Notes under the pieces: model-generated
What the model saw: the letters and a program-made list of their open reading frames with translations, nothing else
Told to the model about the DNA's origin: nothing
Database searches by the model: none
Shown: piece after piece, positions 25,830 through 39,439 of the stretch
How positions within the stretch are numbered: position 1 is the first letter of the stretch
How the letters are laid out: the number at the start of each line of letters is the position of its first letter
Program-made: the position numbers and the translations under genes
DNA from: Lama glama
Lineage: Eukaryota
Direction: 5' to 3'
NCBI GenBank assembly: GCA_028534125.1
Contig: CM052816.1
Coordinates: 48,982,001 to 49,046,000 of the forward strand
Length of the DNA stretch: 64,000 bases

Positions 25830-27460
25830 TTTTTTTTTTTCTTCCTTGTTTTTTGATGTATAATTGACATAGAGTTTTAGCTTTATGGCATATTGATTTG
25901 ACTTATATTTATCTTAAAATGATTATCACATTAGGTATCCATCATCCCATATGGATACAAAATTAGATCAATAGAAAAAGAATGTTTTCTTCTTGTGATG
26001 AGAACTCTTAGGATTAACTCTCTTAACTTTCATATATAACACACATCAGTGTTAATTATATATACCATGTTGTGCATTAAATCCCTAGTACTTATTTGTC
26101 TCATAACTGGAAGTTTGTGCCTTTGACCACCTTCATCAGATTCCCTCCTCCCATCCCCCACCTCTGATCACCACAAATCTGACCTGAGTTTGTTTTTGAA
26201 GTATAATTGACCTACAACACTATGTTAGTTTCTTTTACACAATGTAGACATTTGGAATTTCTTTACATTTCAAAATGATCACCGTAAGTCTAGTTACCAT
26301 ATATCGCCATACTTAGTTATTACGTAGTTATTTATATATTCCCCACACTGTACATTTGATACCTGTGATTCATTTATTTTGCAGCTAGAAGTCTGTACCT
26401 CTTACTCTCCCTCACCTATTTATTTATTCTCCCCACGCTCCCTTAGAGCAGCCACCTATCTCTTCTCATTCATTATGTTTGTTCACTTCTTTTGTTCTTT
26501 AGATTCCACATATAAGTGAAATCATACAGTATTTGTTTTTGTCTTACTTTATTTAGCATAATATCTTATAGATCCATTCATGTTGCAAATTACAAGATTT
26601 CATTGTTTTTTATGGCTGAGTAATAGTCCATTGTATATATATATATATACACCATATATTCTTTATCCATTCATCTGTTGATGGGAACTTGTGTAGCTTC
26701 CATATCTTGGTTATTGTAACTATTGCTGCAGTGAAAATAGGGGTGCATATATCTTTTCTGATTAGTGTTTTTGCCTTCTTCAGATAAATACTTAGGAATG
26801 GAATTGCTAGGTCATATGGTAGTTACATTTTTAATTTACTATTTTCCATAGTGGCTGCACCAACTTACATTCTCACCAACAGTGCATAAGGGTAACCTTT
26901 TTTATGCATTCTTTCTAACACTGATTATTTGTGATCTTGTGATGATGGGCATTCAGGTGTGAGGTTTTGATTTGCATTTGTCTAATGACTAGCGATATTG
27001 AACATCTTTTCTTGTGGCTGTTGGCCATCTGTATGCCTTCTTTGGAAAAATGTGCAGGTCTTCTGCCCATTTTTTAATTGGGTTTATTTTTTTGAAATTG
27101 AGTTATGTGTGATGTTTATAGTTTGGGGTATTAACCCCTTATCCATCATGTCATTTGCAACTATTTTCTCCTGTTTTGTAGGTTGTCTTTTCGTTTTGTT
27201 GATGCTTTGCTGATGTGTTCATTTGTTTGTTGTGTAAGAGCTTTTAGTTTTACCTAGGTGTCTCATTTGTTTAGTTTTGCTTTTGTTTCTTTTGCCTTAA
27301 GATACAGATCTCTAAAAATATTGAGATGATTTTTCAAAGAGTGTGTGTTTTTGATGACTGTAGCTTTATAGTATAGTTTTGTTTAGGGAGTATGATACCT
27401 CCAGCTTTGTTCTTCTTTCTCAAGATTGTTTTGGCCATATGGAGTCTTTTGTATTTCCAT
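25830..27460 (-). mobile_element. LINE-1 3' UTR plus ORF2 C-terminal region (L1MA9-like), with an internal deletion near 27345
   Basis: Poly-T, gtgatgagaactcttaggatt, tagattccacatataagtga, ttccatagtggctgcaccaa. ORF 26998-27213 is the typical L1 antisense frame. Confidence 0.92.
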
Positions 27461-28904
27461 TATTTGTAACATTGTTTTTATTTCACAGGAACTTATTTTT
27501 GAGAATTAAAGGTTTTACAGATAGATCAATAACTAACAAGCAAAATTCACCAGTTAAGACACAAAGAGCAAATACTTGCATGTGGTAATCATGAATAGAA
27601 AAAATACCAAGAAAGAGTTCTTAATTTTTAAAAGTGGAAAAGCTGGTATTTAATTTGAGAACTTGATACAAAAATCATAGAAATAGAAATAAATACAATA
27701 CAGATCTAGATATAACTATAAAGGTGATATAGATTACATATATTGATGGATAAACTATACTAGATGAACTCAATAATGCATATGGAATAGTACAATTTTA
27801 TTTTTAGTATAAAATAAATATTAAATTATGCATGTTTTAATGCCAAGTACTTTTTTGAATCCAGGAAATTTCACAGTCACCTAGCTTATTATATCTTTCC
27901 AACATTAGGAAAGCAAACATTCATATCAGTGCTCTCTTTTGATCTCATGTGCTGTTTACATTTTCAGTAACAAGAAAGCAATTTTATATTTAAAAAACTT
28001 GAAAAAAAATTGCTACCTTAGAGAACACTAACACCTAAATGAAGGAATGAATCTTCTTTTCTGAAAAGAGACCGACTATCGTATCAGTGATGTCCCACTG
28101 GTATTTGTATACGGAGAGTTTGGTTTTTTGAGTGACTCTATAAGACAGGAGAACTCTTAATGATCAACAACAAATAAGAAAAAAAAATTAAGCATTAAAT
28201 TTCTTTTGAAAATGTAAATTATGTAAATACAGTTCTCTTTCCTGCTGGATTGTTTTGTCAGATGCTAAAATGAGGCTTTTTGAATATGTAATCCTTTCTT
28301 TTTCTGACTCTGCATGCATTGTGCTGTCACTTCACAATCATTTTCCCTTTACAAGATACTAGTTTGCTTAACATTACTCTACACAGTTACAAATTCTGGA
28401 AACTTCTTAGAGCTATTAGAACAGTGGCACAGGGTTCCTGAGTTATATATTTAGCATGAGTGAATCTAACAGTATATGAGCTAGATGTTAATTGAACTAA
28501 ATGAACTAAAGTTCAATGTTGACTTACAGGAGCCAGTTCTCAGTAGGCAATTTTGTTTCTTTTGAGGGGGAGGGGAGAAGTCACTGTTATTCAACAAAGT
28601 TAAAGAACATAATAGTCTTTTTTTTGCAAATTTGCATTTAATTATATACACATTTATTAAATTTGAAAAAGCATCAATGTGGCACAAAGTAATACAAATT
28701 TAATTTCCTGTATTTTAGTATCTTCAAGAATTTGATGTAGGTTAGATTCTGGGCTGTTTTCTTCAATACCTTACTAATTTTGCACCATAAAATGTAAATA
28801 ATATCACCTTTGTCATGTCAGTAACCATGAGGGTTAATTAGCTTTAGTCAACTAAATTATGGAAATTAAGGGATGACAACTAGCATAACAGTTACTACTA
28901 TAAC

Positions 28905-29345
28905 AAAATTTCATTTTAGAACTACTTTTGCTGTATCCCATAGATTTTGGATCAATGTGTTTTTGTTTTCATTTGTCCCTAGGTATTTTTTTTTATTTCT
29001 TCTTTGATTTCTTCAGTGATCCATTGGTTCTCTAGTAATACATTGTTTATACTCCATGTGTTTGTTTTTTTGCAGTTTTTTTCATGAGTTGATTTCTAAT
29101 CTAATAACATTGTGGTCAGAAAACATGCTTGTTGTGATTTTAGTTTTCTTAAGTTTACTGAGGCTTGCTTTGAGGTCCAGCATGTGATCTATCCTGCAGA
29201 ATGTTCCCTGTGCACTTGAGAAGAATGTGTATTATGCTTCTTTTGGATGAAATGCTCTGTACATATCAGTTAAGTCTAATGTTGCATTTAAGACCTGTAT
29301 TTCCTTATTAATTTTCTGTCTGTATGATCTGTCCATTGATGTGAG
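28905..29345 (-). mobile_element. LINE-1 ORF2 endonuclease-region fragment
   Basis: ttttgctgtatcccatagattttgg, ttgtggtcagaaaacatgcttg, tgtgcacttgagaagaatgtgtatt. Confidence 0.9.
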
Positions 29346-29611
29346 GAAAATCCTTTTGTAAAAAATTCCTTGCTTTTGTAAACAGTATATTCATCATTAC
29401 TGAAGAATAAACTTTAAGTGATCAAGGGAAAAAAAAAAAACAAAGAAGCAAAGAGAAAAAACCACTCTAAATTCCACTAACTAAAAAATACCCATCATTT
29501 ATCACTCTGGTAACACCATTCTAACATCTCTGTATGTGCATATATAGATAAAAGAAATTGGTATAATTCTTCAAAACTAGAATCATAGTATAGAGCTAGA
29601 GATATATATAT

Positions 29612-30076
29612 ATTTGGTTGAAGTATAGTTAATTTACAGTGTTATATTAGTTTCAGGTGTATAACAAAGTGATTCAGTTATATATATATTTCAGATTCTT
29701 TATCTTTATCAGTTATTACAAGATAAGAGTATACTTATCTATACTGTGCTATACAGTAAGTCCTTGTTTATATATATAGTGGTGTGTATCTGTTAATCCC
29801 AAACTCCTAATTTATCCCTCTCCTCCTTTCCCTTTTGGTAACCATAAATTTGTTTTCTATGTCTGTGAATCTATTTCTGAATTGTAAATAAGTTAATTTG
29901 TATCTTTTTTAGATTCTACATATAAGTAATATCATAAGGTATTTGTCTTTCTCTGACTTACTTCACTTAATATGATAATCTCTAGGTTCATTAATGTTGC
30001 TGCAAATGGCATTTTATTTTTAATAGCTGAATAATAACCATATATATATTACATATTATAATAAATAAATAAATAA

Positions 30077-30126
<50 letters not shown>

Positions 30127-31185
30127 CAATGTCTTTATCCAGTCATCTGTCAGTGGACATTTAGGTTGCTTCCATGTCTTGGCTATTGTAAATAGCGAGG
30201 CTATGAACATTGGGGTGCCTGTATCTTTTCCAATTAGAGTTTTCTTGTGATATATGCCCAGGAGTAGTCTTGCTGGATCATATAGTGACTATTTTTAGTT
30301 TTTTAAGGAACTTCCGTACTATTCTCTATAGTGGCTGCACCAGTTTACATTCCCACTAACAGTGTAAGAAAGTTCGCTTTTCTCCACACTCTCTCCAGCA
30401 TTTATTATTTGTAGACTTTTTGATAATGGCCATTCTGACTGGTGTGAAGTGATACATCATTGTAGGTTTGATTTGAATTTCTCTAATGATTAGCAGTGTT
30501 GAGCATCTTTTCACATGCCTGTTGGCCATGTGGATGTCTTCTTTGGAGAAATGTCTTTTTAGGTCTTCTGCTCATTTTTTGATTGGGTTGTTTGTTTATT
30601 TGATATTAAGCTGTATGAGCTGTTTGTATATTTGGAAATTAATCCCTTGTCGGTTGCATCATTTGAAAATATTTCCTCTGATTCCATAGATTGTCTTTCA
30701 TTTTGTTTATGGTTTACATTGCTGTGCAAAAGCTTTTAAGTTTAATTCAGTTCCATTTGTTTGTTTTGGCTTTTATTTCCATTACTCTAGGAGACAGATT
30801 CAAAAATATTACTGCAATTTATGTCAGAGTGTTTTGCCTATGTTTTCCTCTGGGAGTTTTATAATACATCATATATCTAGATCTTTAATCCATTTTGAGC
30901 TTATTTCTGTGTGTGGTGTTAGAGAATGTTCTAAATTCTTTCTTTTGCATGTAGTTGTCCAATTTTCCAGAACCTCTTATTGAAGAGACTGTCTTTCCTC
31001 CATTGTATATTCTTGCCTCCTTTGTTCTGGATTAATCAACTGTAGCTGTGTGAGTTTATTTCTGGGCTTTCTATCCTATTCCATTGATCTATGTGTCTGT
31101 CTATTTTTGTGGCAGTACCATTCTTTGTGCCAGTTTTGATCATTGTAGCTTTGTAATACAGTTTGAGATCAGAAAGTATAAGGTC
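29612..31185 (-). mobile_element. Cetartiodactyl-type LINE-1, 5'-truncated (3' UTR plus ORF2 C-terminus), containing (AAAT)n(TA)n at about 30059-30124
   Basis: gttgaagtatagttaatttacagtgttatattagtttcaggtgt; colinear with the younger copy at 50308-51870. Confidence 0.95.
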
Positions 31186-31189
31186 CTTA

Positions 31190-33690
31190 AACTACCTATA
31201 TAGCAGTATAAAATTATTTGAAGTTGCACTCAGATTCATTAAACATAGATTTTGTATCACCTAGGGCCCCCATTAACAATTTGGAAAAAAGTCTAAGTAG
31301 CAATTGAATAGATGAGATAAAATGGAATCATAACAATTGTTCATTAACAACAGAGAAAGCAGAAATGAAGAAAAAAGGAACAGATGAATCAAATTGAAAA
31401 GAGCTAGCAGGATGGCAGAATTTAATTTGGTCATATCAGTAATAAATTTAAATGTGAATCATCAAACACCAGTTATAAGACAGATTATCAGATTAATTTT
31501 TGAAAGTGCAAGACTCAACTTGCTTCTTATTTATAAGAAAGCACCTTTTAATATAAAGACAGATAAGCTGAAAGTAAAAGGGTAGAGCAAGATAATATAC
31601 CAAAATATCAATATCAGATGAAAGGTACATTACAATAAGAAATATTACCAAGAATAAAGATATTTCATAATGATAAAAATGTCAATTCATCAGAGAATAT
31701 AATAATCTTAAATGTGTGTGCTCCTAATTGCAGAACTTAAAAAATTACAGGGGTCTAAAAACAATGAAAGTGAAAGGTGAAGTAAAGAATCCATAAATAT
31801 AGATGGAGAATTCAACAATTCTCTCTCCATAATTGATAAAGCAAGTAGACAGCATATCAGGGAGTATATATATGACCTGAAAATACTATCAAGCTAATAG
31901 ACTTAATGAAATACTTGGAATATTTAACACACGTTCTTTTCAGGAAACATTGAGCAATGTAGGTTTTATTCAAGGTCATAAATACACACACACACCCCCC
32001 CCAAATTCAGAAGAACTGAAATCATACCAAGTGATTAAACTAGAAGCTAGTGACAAATATATCAAGAGAGCTACAAATATTTGAAATTTCCTTTTGATTA
32101 CTGTTTAACCTCTGACTCACAAGTTTTGATATATTGTACTGTCATTTTTATTTACTTAAAATATTTTCTGAAATTTTTACTTGATATTTTTCTCTTTGAC
32201 TCTTCCACATAATACATGTGAAATGTAAATAATTCCACTTGAAAAGAAGAAATTTCTCAAATCACTTATCTAAGATTTCACTTTTAGAATCTACAACAAA
32301 AAGAATAACTATAACACAAAGTAAGCAGAAGAAAGGACATTATAAACATAAAGCAGAGAATAATCGAACCTATAAATTAATAAAGAAAATCAATAAATCT
32401 GGAATCTGGTTCTTTGAAAATATCAATCAATTTAATAACCTTTACATAAATTAACCAACCAAGAAATAGAAAAGACACAAATTACCAGTATTAAATATAA
32501 GAAGGAATAACACTACATATAATAGAGACATTGAAAAGAGAATAAGAAATATCAGATCCTTCAGTATAGCAATGAAGTTGAAAGAGACCAGTTCCTTCAA
32601 AGATACGTATTTCCAAAAGTCACCTAAGAAAAATAGATAACCAGAAGGATCCTGTATCAAATAAAGAAACTGAATTTGTGGGTAAAACTCTTCCAAAATT
32701 AAATCTCCAGGCTCAGATAAAGTGTTGATTTCTACCAAATACTGAAGAATAAAGTAATATTAATCTACATAATTTCTTACAGAAAATTAAGGAAAAACGA
32801 ACTGAATCAATTTCCAACACTTTGTATAAGCCTAGCATAACTCTAATACCAAGACAACACGAAGTTACCATTAGAAAAGAAGTGAGCAATCGCTAATATC
32901 CCTCATAAATATAATGACAAATATCTTTAAGAGAATTGCAAGAAATTCAATCTAGCAACATATAAAAGTAAAAGCATCCAACCAAATGGAGTGTATCCTA
33001 GGGAAACAAGGTTCATTCAACACTCAGTAATCATTTCATTCATCATATTTAGAGCCTTAAGAGATAAAACATGATAATCTCAAAAGATGCAGAAAAACCA
33101 TTTGATAGAATTCTAACTATTCATGATAAAGCTTTTAGTTACCTAGCCATAAAGAGGAACTTTCTTAATCTTATAAGGGTTTCAACAACAAAAAAACTTA
33201 GTTAACATCACATCTAATGATGAACAACTGAGTGAATTTCTCCTGAGGCTGGGAGCAAGGTAAAGATGTCCTCTCACCACTACTTTGAAACATTGTGTTG
33301 GAAATCCAAGCCAGTGCATTAAGGCAAGAAAAATTAATGCAATGCATACAGATCAGAAAAGAAAAAATAAGTTGATCTCTTTAAATAAATGTTATAATTT
33401 TCTAGGTAAAATACTTCTCTGTATAAAAAGAATTCACAAAGAAACCTCTGTAAACTAATGAATTAGTTGAAAAGGTCCAGTTCAAACATAGAAAAATCAA
33501 CCCTATTTCTATGTACTTGTAATGAACAAATGGAATTCACAATGGTAAAAAAGGAAAACATTTATAATGACACTATAAAAAGTGAAATACTTAGGTAAAG
33601 ATCTAACAAAAAATGAGCAGGATCTGTATATTTGAAACTATAAGTTACTGACATAATTTTTTTTTAATTTGAGATATACCATGTTCATGT
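31190..33690 (+). mobile_element. Old degenerate LINE-1 (inter-ORF region, ORF2 endonuclease and RT domains)
   Basis: ORF 31394-31585 contains ISVINLNVN (cf. ORF2 start ITLNVNGL); gatgcagaaaaaccatttgatagaattc (DAEKAFDKI region); ggagcaaggtaaagatgtcctctcacc ([10 protein letters not shown] region). Confidence 0.9.
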
Positions 33691-33993
33691 TGCTGAGTTA
33701 AATTAGCCTAACATAAAAGGCTGAATACTGTATGGTTCTGTTGACATGACACTCTGGAAACTAGTAAAACTATAGGAAGGAAAAGAGATCAGTGGTTGCC
33801 AAGAGTTGGTTGACAGATAAGAGGGGGTTAGTATGAGGGAATTTCTGGTGGGAACTATTCTGCTTGAAGCTAGGATGGTAGATACAAGATTCTATGTCCT
33901 GGCTACAATGCATAGAACTGTACAGCACAAAATGTAAATTTTGTTGTATGAAATGTCTTTAAAATCTCAAGCACGATGTTGAGAGATTAGGAT

Positions 33994-34352
33994 TGCAGTT
34001 GCCTGAACTGTATATCTTCCCAATTCATATGTTGAATCCTAACCCCCAATATGAATGTAATTATAGCATGAAAACAATTAAGGTCAAATAGGTTATAATG
34101 GTAGGACACTAATCTGATGGAATTAGTGTCCTTATCAGAAGAGACACTGGGGAACTTTCTCTTGACTATGTGACAACACAGAAGGAGGGGTGCCATCTGG
34201 AAACCAGGAAGAGAACTCTCACCAGAAACTGAATTGACTAGCACCTTGTTCTCTGACTTCTCAGTCTCCAGAACTGTTAGAAAATAAATTTCTGTCGTTT
34301 AAATTACCAAGTGTATGATGTTTTGTTACGGCAGCCCAAGTTGACTAATACA
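33994..34352 (+). mobile_element. Complete MaLR solo LTR (MLT1A/MLT1A0-like)
   Basis: TG...CA termini, aattcatatgttgaatcctaaccccc, ctccagaactgttagaaaataaatttctg, end gactaataca. 5-bp TSD aggat (33989-33993) / aggac (34353-34357). Confidence 0.92.
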
Positions 34353-35002
34353 AGGACTAGCCAAGTGAATCTCAGTGTGTTATAAATAAGCTAAATAACC
34401 ACATTGAAGGAGATGGAGAAGAAAGGAGCTGACCTAAGTAATGTGGGAAAACAGTATTTTGACTGGATACCTAATGGCTAAAGACAAAAAAAAAAAAACT
34501 TTACACTGTTTACTATAGTTGGTAGTTACTTTTTTCTCACAAAGGTATGGCTTCAGAACTCTGAAACTATTTTATTTATGTATTAAGATTGAACAAAAAT
34601 CTAAATGTATTATAGATAAAAAATTACATTTCTTACTATAGGAAAATGAAATTACCAAATAATGAAATGAAGAAAGCTATAATGAGCTCACTGCTCCTGG
34701 ATTAGAATAGGAGTCATTTTATGGACTCATTTAAAAAATATATTTATAGAAAAATAGAAATAGAAATATCAGTGTATGTTTGTGCATGGTTAGTATGCAT
34801 ACTTACATTCCCTTGCATTATTCATTCATAGGAATTCAAAGCAAGATACCATCTAGCACCCAGGTGATGGTTTCTAAATACTGTTTTCTAATAAAAGAAA
34901 CTAGGGCTTATTGAAGAACTGGTCATTCCAGGGCTTGTGTAGGAGAAAACAAGAGAAACAGGAACCATCTTGTTGGTTCCATAAAGTAGGGAACTGCTAG
35001 AT

Positions 35003-35150
35003 GAGAAAAGGAGAGGCAAGGAAAGAGAGAAGGATGGAGGGAGAAAGGGAGGGAAGGAGGAGGGAACAGGAATAGAGAAAGGAAGTGAAGGAAGGAGAGA
35101 AGGAAGGAAGGAAGGAAGGGGAGAAAGGAAGAGGAGAAGGGAAGGGTGGG
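35003..35150 (+). repeat. GA-rich low-complexity tract with a (GGAA)n core
   Basis: Nearly pure purine strand; aggaaggaaggaaggaagg at 35101-35119. Confidence 0.95.
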
Positions 35151-37763
35151 AATTTATTGAAAGGGTATCATAGATAACCTGAAAGACTTCCCAGTGGCCA
35201 CAAAATAAAAAATATAACTAGGGGTAGTATTGGACCATAACTGAAAGAACACCAGAATAAATATCCATGTGTCCATATTGCTATAAATAAATAAAAAATA
35301 AATGAAGAAGAACAGCACTTTCTTACAGAAGCATTCCAGTTAGTATTGTAGAAGTAATAAAGAACTTGAAAATTGTTATTGAAACACAAGAGTAGTAATT
35401 GCCACAGATAAGATCCACTGATGGATATTAAAATTAGTGGATGAAAGTTTAAGTGGAAACAAGATATTTGCATAGTCTCGAAGTAATCTACCAAATATTT
35501 AGTACTTGCAAAAGGAAAAAAAAATAGGAATTTTGTCTTGCAGAATTCTGATAGATAACACTCTTCAGTCAAGTGATCAAGATTAACATTAACAGCAGTA
35601 AGTCACGATGATACCATATACCTCCTGATATTATTCAATGAGGGCATATCACCTCTATTATATTTTCCCAAAATACAAAACCTCATTCTAGTAAGATTAA
35701 AAGCCAAACAAACCTATATAGAAAAATCTTAAAAAATAACTGTCCAATACTCTTCTAAAGTATCAAGGTCATGAAAGATAAGGGATGACTGAGGAATTCT
35801 CTTAAGTCAGAAATGACTCAAGATACATGACAACTAAATGTGGAGTGGTGGACAATGTCCTGAAAATACTTATTAATAGCTCCAAGTTTTGAGAGTAGAA
35901 GGCTGAGGAAAATTCTTATTTATTTTCATTTGTGGCAAACCAGGTGGCTCTGAGGAAAAGATATGTGAAACAAGAGCATTAGACAAATAGTGATAACTTA
36001 CTCCGATAAAAATAAAGGCAGCAAACAACACTTCCCATAGAATCAGAGAATGAGCTACATTCAAAGTGAGTCACAAGATGAGAATATGATTCAGACCCCC
36101 CAACCCAAAGAGCAAAGCCTTGAATAGAACATTCAGTAAAGTCTCAGCAAAGAAAGCAAAGCTAAATTCCTTCACCAGGTCTATTTTTGCCCAGGTTTAT
36201 GCTCTTAAGTATGTTACACAAAAGGCTCAAATAGACAACTTTCCTTCCAATTATAGCTTGGAATGGAGACAAATATATTTTGGATAAGATCCAAAGAAAG
36301 CCAAGCGTCATATAAAAATAAATGATTGGTTTGCATTTCACTGCCTATGTTAAGAGTGAGCAAAAGGTGAGGAAAGTATGATTGTACAAATATAATATTA
36401 CCTCCCCCTGAAAAAAGAAAGAAAACAAGTGAAAGAAAAGAGAAAAAAGATGCTATGGAACCAATTTGGAAGAATATACATGATCAAAGAAATTATTAGC
36501 TAATAGTGAAACTGACACAGTAGCAACCATCAAAATTACCTAATTGCACTCTAAAAGATGAAAACATATTAATCTCATGCTCTGTAATTCCAGGTTGTCT
36601 ATTGTAGCACGGTACCCTCAGAGGGAATTTAAAACATATTTTAGATTCCCATTTCCAGTATTTTAAAATTAAATTTTATTAATAAGCAGTCATAGTTCAT
36701 TTAGCTCAGTATAATGAATAATAACATTGTGCCTGTGTAAGTTAATGCAGTAACAGAAAGAGTAGTTGTTTTATAGTGTTTTGATTATAACAGTTCTATA
36801 AATGCGCAAGGCAACAGCTAGAATCTTCATTTGGTAATTTATTTATTTTTTGTCAGTGATTATCTCACAGTTAATCATGACGTTTATCACAGTGAGACAA
36901 TCACTATATCAATTTATTATACAAAATAAAGTCAGGTGATAAAATCATTCTTGAAAAAGGCAAAATAAATGCCCTAACCCTTATTTCCAAATTCAACATT
37001 AACATAGATTTGCTAGAACTAGACATCATTTGTTGCAAAAATTATACTGTAGAAAAGAAAATGCTTATATTTTATACTACCAAATTTTCACTAATAATTA
37101 GGATATGTTTGGAATGATTTGACAAAATAACTATTACAAACTAATACATGATTAAATTACTGAAGCTATCTGCCTTTGCTCATTAATTCTCTCAACAGAT
37201 CACCTTATGGGTCTATACAATGTGAGGCACACCCAGATATGAATGGATTTTTATGGTATTAAAGAATTCTAAAAGTGCTTCTAGTTAACTGGACATTTTG
37301 TGCTTAGTATCTTAACAGAAATTTTCAGTGACATTCATCTGGTTGAGGCATCAATAGTAAAATGTCTATCTTATGAAGCATTATAAAATTATACTGCTTG
37401 TTTAGTGGATCTTTAAACTGGTGAATATTACCCATAATAAGACCATCAAATTTTCATTACATGTAGAACACTTTAAAAGAACACATAAACTAATGAAAAT
37501 CTATAACATATTAATCAACAGAAATTATGTAACATTATACGTTTTCAAATTAAACCATAAGTCAGTGAAATTTAATTAACTTATACTAGTATTCTTTGAG
37601 GAATTTGACAGATTCTAACACAAATTCTGAAAATAAATACACACATTGGTAATAAAATTTGTAAAACAATAGCAGAGATTGTGGTACAGAAGGATTCAGC
37701 TTACAACTATTTAGGCATAATTCAAAACCATGTTGATGAAAAAGCCTAGAAATAAACTGAAGC

Positions 37764-37838
37764 TTTTTTAAAATTTATTTTTGTTGAAGTTGATTTACAA
37801 TGTTTTGTTAGTTTCAGGCATATAGCAAAGTAATTCAG

Positions 37839-37890
<52 letters not shown>

Positions 37891-38245
37891 CACACACGCA
37901 CACACATATATAGTTATTTTTCAGATTATTTTCCATTATAAATTATTACAAGATATTGATTGAATATAGTTCCCTGTGCTATAAGTAGGTCTTTGTTGTT
38001 TATCTGTTTTATTTATGGTAGTGTGTATATGTTAATCTCAAACTCCTAATTTATCCCTCTCCCCCACCCTTTTCCCCTTTGGTAACCAAGTTTATTTTCT
38101 GTCTGTGAGTCTATTTTCAGTTTGTAAATAAGTTCATTTGTATCATTTTTTAAAATCCACATGCAAGTGATATCATATGATATTTGTCTGTCAATGTTTG
38201 ACTTCACTTAATATGATAATCTCTATGTCCATCCATGTTTCTGCA
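37764..38245 (-). mobile_element. Cetartiodactyl-type L1 3' end containing (TA)n at about 37842-37883
   Basis: ttgaagttgatttacaatgttttgttagtttcagg. Degenerate TSD aataaactgaagcttt / attaaaccaaagtttt, whose ctg/cca difference fits opposite-strand decay of one CpG. Confidence 0.92.
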
Positions 38246-38505
38246 TTAAACCAAAGTTTTATATATGATAAAAGATAACTGTGGCACCACATAAAAGGCC
38301 TGATTGTTTGATGATAATGGAAGAACTGGCTCGGTATATAGACAGAATTATAACTGGTTACCTATTCAGTATAATATATAAGGGAGCCCAAGTGGAATAG
38401 AGATTTAGAGGTTATAATAGTAGTGTTGAAATTAATATAAAAATAAAGAAATTATATGATTATAGAATAGGAAGGAATTTTCAGATTAAATCTTAAGTAC
38501 AAATT

Positions 38506-38604
38506 AGATGCACCCCCAGTGTTCATAGAAGCACTGTTTACAATAGCCCCGTTATGGAAGCAACCTAAATGTCTAGTGACAAATGATTGGACAAAGAAGT
38601 TGTG

Positions 38605-38641
<37 letters not shown>

Positions 38642-39098
38642 TACACACTGGAATACTACCCAGCCGTAAAAAAGAATAGAATAATGCCATTTTCAGAAAC
38701 ATGAAGGTACCTGGAGATTGTAATACTAAGTGAAATAAACCAGGAAGAGAAAGGAAAATACCATATGCTGTCAATTATATGTGGAATTAAAAAAAAAGAC
38801 ATGAACTTATTTACAAAATAGAAACAGAACTCACTGATATAGAAAACAAACTTATAGTTACCAGAGGGGAAAGGAGGAGAGTGGAGGGATACAATGGGAG
38901 TTTCGTATTTGCAAATACTATCTACTATACATAAAATAGACAAGCAACAAGATCCTCTTGTATAGCACAGGGTACTATATTCATACCTTCTTATGAAAAG
39001 GAGTATGAAAAGTAATATATATGTATAACTGAATCACTGTGCTGCACACCAGAAATGAACACACCACTTTAAACCAACTACACTTCAATTAAAAATAA
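38506..39098 (+). mobile_element. Cetartiodactyl-type L1 ORF2 end and 3' UTR containing (CA)n at about 38607-38639
   Basis: ORF 38519 reads MFIEALFTIAPLWKQPKC (ORF2 C-terminus); the element ends aactacacttcaattaaaaataa. Confidence 0.95.
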
Positions 39099-39439
39099 GG
39101 CAAAAATGATAATGAAAAAAACTTCATCATCAAAATTTAGGATTTCTGGTCAGTAGAGGTGATTTTCTATATCCAAAACTACAACTAGGTTAATACTTAG
39201 AATATAACTAGAGTTTGGAGAATTCAAAAAGAAAACAAAACCACAGAAATCTGAGTAGAAAAATAGTCTGGAAACTCAAATGAATGCAAGTAAAAGAAGA
39301 TATTGGTTCTCTAGTAATAAAAAAAGATGTAAATTAAAACAACCTTGAGATACTATTTTATATCTATCATATTTGCAAAAATTGCATTTCTGTAATACAA
39401 TCACAGTTTTTACTGTGGCAACGTCAGTGCCTTTGCCTT

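Larger units (their letters stand above)
33700..35870 (+). mobile_element. L1MC3-like 3' UTR, interrupted by an MLT1A LTR and a purine-rich tract
   Basis: atactgtatggttc, agatcagtggttgcc, aataaaagaaactagggcttattgaagaactgg, tatcaaggtcatgaaagataaggg. Confidence 0.8.

Noticed and set aside
35168..35572. 134-aa minus-strand ORF
   Set aside because: It is an antisense frame within an L1MC 3' UTR.
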